Part shown: piece after piece, positions 61,542 to 64,000 of the stretch | How the letters are laid out: each line of letters starts with the position of its first letter | Position numbering within the stretch: position 1 is the first letter of the stretch | Source of the DNA: Flavobacteriaceae bacterium | Lineage (GTDB): Bacteria > Bacteroidota > Bacteroidia > Flavobacteriales > Flavobacteriaceae | Length of the DNA stretch: 64,000 nt | Reading direction: 5' to 3' | Assembly: GCA_029938265.1 (NCBI GenBank) | Contig: JAOZVI010000002.1 | Location: 1,945 to 65,944 of the forward strand | The notes under the pieces: generated by a model | Database searches by the model: none | What the model was told of the DNA's origin: nothing | What the model saw: only the letters and a program-made list of their open reading frames with translations | Program-made: the position numbers and the translations under genes

Positions 61542-61952
61542 TTAAAAAGATTTAAAAACTCTGGCTAATGAAAATCCTGGTGCATCTACTTGCAGATCTA
61601 AAAAATACCCAAAGGGAGTTTGAGCAACTTCATATCCAACATTTTTTAATCTTTCTTCAACACTGTTAAAAATTCTTTGAGTTGTATCCGGATCGGCTTT
61701 ACTTTCAGACAAATGTGCAAATGAATGTAAAACTACTTTTTTTGAATTGTTTTTGCCACAAACCCATTTAATATTCTTTAATAGTTTTTTAGAAACTTCA
61801 GCCTCTCTTTCAATATCATTTTCTTCAACCTGAACAAAGGCTGTTTGCACATTCTCAAATGAGGCAGGAACATTATTTACTTCCGCCATTTCCAATGTTT
61901 TTAAAGTTGGCGTATAAGCAAATATTTTACAATAGATCAGTAATACTTTCAT
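61542..61952 (-). CDS. Stand-alone homologue of the archaeal ThrRS N-terminal editing domain (tRNA-Thr_ED, DTD-like fold)
   Basis: MKVLLIY... first strand, VVLHSFAHLSESKADP and TPFGYFLDLQVDAPGFSLARVF. These align by eye with the motifs I recall from the archaeal editing domain (..LLIH.., PFAHLSS, PFGYYK). Confidence 0.6.
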   Translation of the reverse strand: MKVLLIYCKIFAYTPTLKTLEMAEVNNVPASFENVQTAFVQVEENDIEREAEVSKKLLKNIKWVCGKNNSKKVVLHSFAHLSESKADPDTTQRIFNSVEERLKNVGYEVAQTPFGYFLDLQVDAPGFSLARVFKSF

Positions 61953-62068
61953 AGAATTAAGGTTTAAAATTTAGAGACTTTTATAAAAGACTCATTTAAT
62001 ACAAAATAAAGATAATACAACTATTCAAAGTATATTATCTTTATTTATAATTATTTAATAAAAAGTAT

Positions 62069-62407
62069 TTAATGGTCACATAAATTATCACCATCCTGTA
62101 GTTGATCAGCTAAATATTTTTCCACAAGCACTTCGGGTTTATCAGAATCAATTCCCATAAAAACTTCGATATTATTTTGGGTAAAAACATCCTTTGCTTT
62201 TCCACCCATACCTCCTGAAATAATCGTACTGACTCCTTTTTCAGCTAAAAACCGTGGATAAGTTCCCGGCTGATGAACAGGAGGGGTGAAAAATTCAACA
62301 TTTACTATTTTTTGATCTTCTGTCTCAACTACAGCAAATTGTTCACTATGACCAAAATGCTGACATAATTTTCCGTTGATTGTCGGAACTGCAAATAATT
62401 TTTTCAT
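62069..62407 (-). CDS. NifB/NifX/NafY-type (dinitrogenase FeMo-cofactor-binding family) small protein
   Basis: CQHFGHSEQFAVVE...FLAEKGVSTIISGGMGGKA...IEVF pattern, 112 aa. Confidence 0.75.
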   Translation of the reverse strand: MKKLFAVPTINGKLCQHFGHSEQFAVVETEDQKIVNVEFFTPPVHQPGTYPRFLAEKGVSTIISGGMGGKAKDVFTQNNIEVFMGIDSDKPEVLVEKYLADQLQDGDNLCDH

Positions 62408-62421
62408 TAATTTTAAATTAA

Positions 62422-62442
62422 ATATTTGTATTGTACAAATAT
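62422..62442. promoter_or_regulatory. 21-bp palindrome ATATTTGTA-TTG-TACAAATAT between the cupin and NifX-like genes
   Basis: Read directly: 9-bp perfect arms with a 3-nt centre. It fills most of the 36-nt intergenic gap. Confidence 0.35.
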
Positions 62443-62443
62443 C

Positions 62444-62767
62444 TTAATTCTTTTTAAAAGGATCCCAAAATATTAAAACTAATGCGCCATTTTCTGATTT
62501 AAAAGGTCCGTGCTCATCTCCAGAAGGAAAAATCTGATACGATCCAACAGGAAAAACTTCACCATCACTCATATATTCACCTTCTAACACAAAATGTTGC
62601 TCAGCAGTTATATGAGAATGTGAACCCATATGGAAACCTTTGGGTAATTTTAACAAAACCGTTTTACCATTTTCACCATCACGCAAGACTTTACTTTTTG
62701 TGCCTTTAGGGTAACCTTCAGCATCTTTCCAATTCAAATTTTCGAGTAAATTCATTTTTTTTCTCAT
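62444..62767 (-). CDS. Cupin domain protein
   Basis: GSHSHITAEQHFVLEGE ... GDEHGPF (two cupin motifs), 107 aa. Confidence 0.7.
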   Translation of the reverse strand: MRKKMNLLENLNWKDAEGYPKGTKSKVLRDGENGKTVLLKLPKGFHMGSHSHITAEQHFVLEGEYMSDGEVFPVGSYQIFPSGDEHGPFKSENGALVLIFWDPFKKN

Positions 62768-62805
62768 GATACATCTATTTATATTATACTTCCTTTTTAT
62801 CTTAT

Positions 62806-63246
62806 TTAATACTTCACCCTACAGCATTCTCCATGTCCAAAACCTCCGGCAAGATTCAATAAGTTCTTTGAATAACATTCCGGGCATTGGGTCATTGTCT
62901 CATTAACACTTAAATTATACATATGTCCACAATCAACACATTGAATAATATTTCTTCTAAAATGTATATTACCTCCATAAATTCTAAGCGACTTTCCATA
63001 AAAAATAAATTCTGCCATTTTCTTTCTAGATTTTTCTATCAATCTACTAAATGTAGGTCGGGATATTTCCATTTCTGCAGCAGCTTTCTCATGTGACATA
63101 CCTATAAGGTCAGCTAAACGTATCGCTTCAAACTCATCCAAATTAAGGATAATTTTTTCTGTGGATCTGTCTGATCTGCCAAACGGTCTAAACTCTGTAA
63201 AAAAAGGAGGCTGGTGTACAATTCTATTATTTTTTGGACGAGGCAT
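62806..63246 (-). CDS. DUF134 (UPF0251) family putative DNA-binding protein with a C-terminal Cys-rich extension
   Basis: MPRPKNNRIVHQPPFFTEFRPFG...LDEFEAIRLADLIGMSHEKAAAEMEISRPTFSRLIEKSRKK (sigma-70 region-4-like HTH), then CVDC...CPEC...ECC. Confidence 0.75.
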   Translation of the reverse strand: MPRPKNNRIVHQPPFFTEFRPFGRSDRSTEKIILNLDEFEAIRLADLIGMSHEKAAAEMEISRPTFSRLIEKSRKKMAEFIFYGKSLRIYGGNIHFRRNIIQCVDCGHMYNLSVNETMTQCPECYSKNLLNLAGGFGHGECCRVKY

Positions 63247-63275
63247 AACTGATTTTTACCATTAATACCTTAAAG

Positions 63276-63297
63276 ATAATGAACATATGTTCATTAT
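63276..63297. promoter_or_regulatory. Perfect 22-bp palindrome ATAATGAACAT|ATGTTCATTAT, a candidate operator upstream of the DUF134 gene
   Basis: Read directly. It lies 30 nt upstream of the DUF134 ATG and immediately downstream of a TATTTG -7-like hexamer on the minus strand. Confidence 0.45.
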
Positions 63298-63353
63298 GCA
63301 AATAATAATAAGAATTTTTTAAGAGCTTTATTATAGGAAAATAAAATAATGAT

Positions 63354-64000
63354 TTAATTTAGTTGATATGCCTTCCATTTTAGAGCAAAATCCTCATTGA
63401 TCAAAAAAGAGGCTTCTTTTTTATTTTCTGGATATGAATGAAAAGGATAGACCTCTTTTGTAGTATGATTACCCAACCAACCTGATTCTTCACTAATTGA
63501 TTGTGATTTAATTGATTTCTCATCCAATCTCTTATCCAAAGCAATTGAAAAGAAATCTCTTACCAATTGATCAGATCTACCTAAATTGCCATAATGATCA
63601 ACTTCAGGTTCTAATGCATAACACCATACTCCTCCCGCTACTCTGTTAGATAGTACCGCATTTTTGATGGCTTTATTTCGAAGTTGATTATCATACTCAC
63701 CAGCAAGCATTATACAAGGAATGCTTTTATTATTGACTGAAATATCATCAATATTACCACCTCTAATATTGGCAAATGCGATGACTCGATCTGGCTTAAA
63801 ATTTGAAAAATTAGTACTAAAAACTCCGCCTGCTGAATAACCTCTCATTACAAAAGGCAAATTACTAATATTTGAAAGATCATTTATTTCAGAAATCATT
63901 TCCAATGCTTTTACCAAAGCATCACCACTACCACCAGAAGCTTCAGCATAATAGGGAGATGAATCATCAAACGTTTTAAAATATACAGCCAAAATCGCCA
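63354..64000 (-). CDS. Alpha/beta hydrolase / esterase. The N-terminus lies beyond the right window edge.
   Basis: Nucleophile elbow GYSAGG. The frame remains open to position 64000. The TTG at 63992 used by the track is probably not the true start. Confidence 0.6.
   Translation of the reverse strand, partial: AILAVYFKTFDDSSPYYAEASGGSGDALVKALEMISEINDLSNISNLPFVMRGYSAGGVFSTNFSNFKPDRVIAFANIRGGNIDDISVNNKSIPCIMLAGEYDNQLRNKAIKNAVLSNRVAGGVWCYALEPEVDHYGNLGRSDQLVRDFFSIALDKRLDEKSIKSQSISEESGWLGNHTTKEVYPFHSYPENKKEASFLINEDFALKWKAYQLN

Noticed and set aside
1-64000. CRISPR arrays, transposases or IS elements, prophage genes, toxin-antitoxin pairs and known defence systems
   Set aside because: I scanned the intergenic regions and all track ORFs. 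I saw no repeat-spacer periodicity, no DDE or serine recombinase-like proteins, and no characteristic defence domains.

Overview
AT-rich chromosomal core segment of a Bacteroidota/Flavobacteriia genome, almost fully coding. Recognisable blocks, in order:

- A partial YgiQ radical-SAM gene that runs off the left edge and is missing from the ORF track.
- hutU and an ABC-F ATPase.
- The type IX secretion/gliding core gldKLMN.
- topA.
- miaB, a sigma-54 activator, lptE, secG and groES-groEL.
- A TonB-dependent receptor translationally coupled to a His-motif membrane protein.
- The conserved supercluster tRNA-Thr/Tyr/Gly/Thr-tuf-tRNA-Trp-secE-nusG-rplKAJL-rpoBC-DUF3467.
- hpf, a Xer-like recombinase and rpsU.
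- PBP1A.
- aqpZ and modA-molbindin-modB-modC.
- Several hydrolases and oxidoreductases.

I saw no CRISPR array, transposase, prophage or recognisable defence system.

Most interesting items:

1. A four-gene cluster at 61.5-63.3 kb made only of uncharacterised families: a DUF134 HTH protein with a Cys-rich tail, a cupin, a NifX-like protein, and a stand-alone archaeal-type ThrRS editing-domain homologue. A perfect 22-bp palindrome precedes it.
2. A GC-rich array of hairpins ending in a terminator between the LVIVD gene and topA. It is a candidate unclassified ncRNA or structured 3' UTR on the minus strand.
3. Seven tandem NNNACTT heptads abutting the TTG start of the sigma-54 activator gene.
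4. A correctly spaced -24/-12 sigma-54-like motif in front of groES.
5. A strong Shine-Dalgarno sequence in front of rpsU only, in a genome otherwise lacking SD sequences.

All homology calls come from reading the translated sequences, not from searches.
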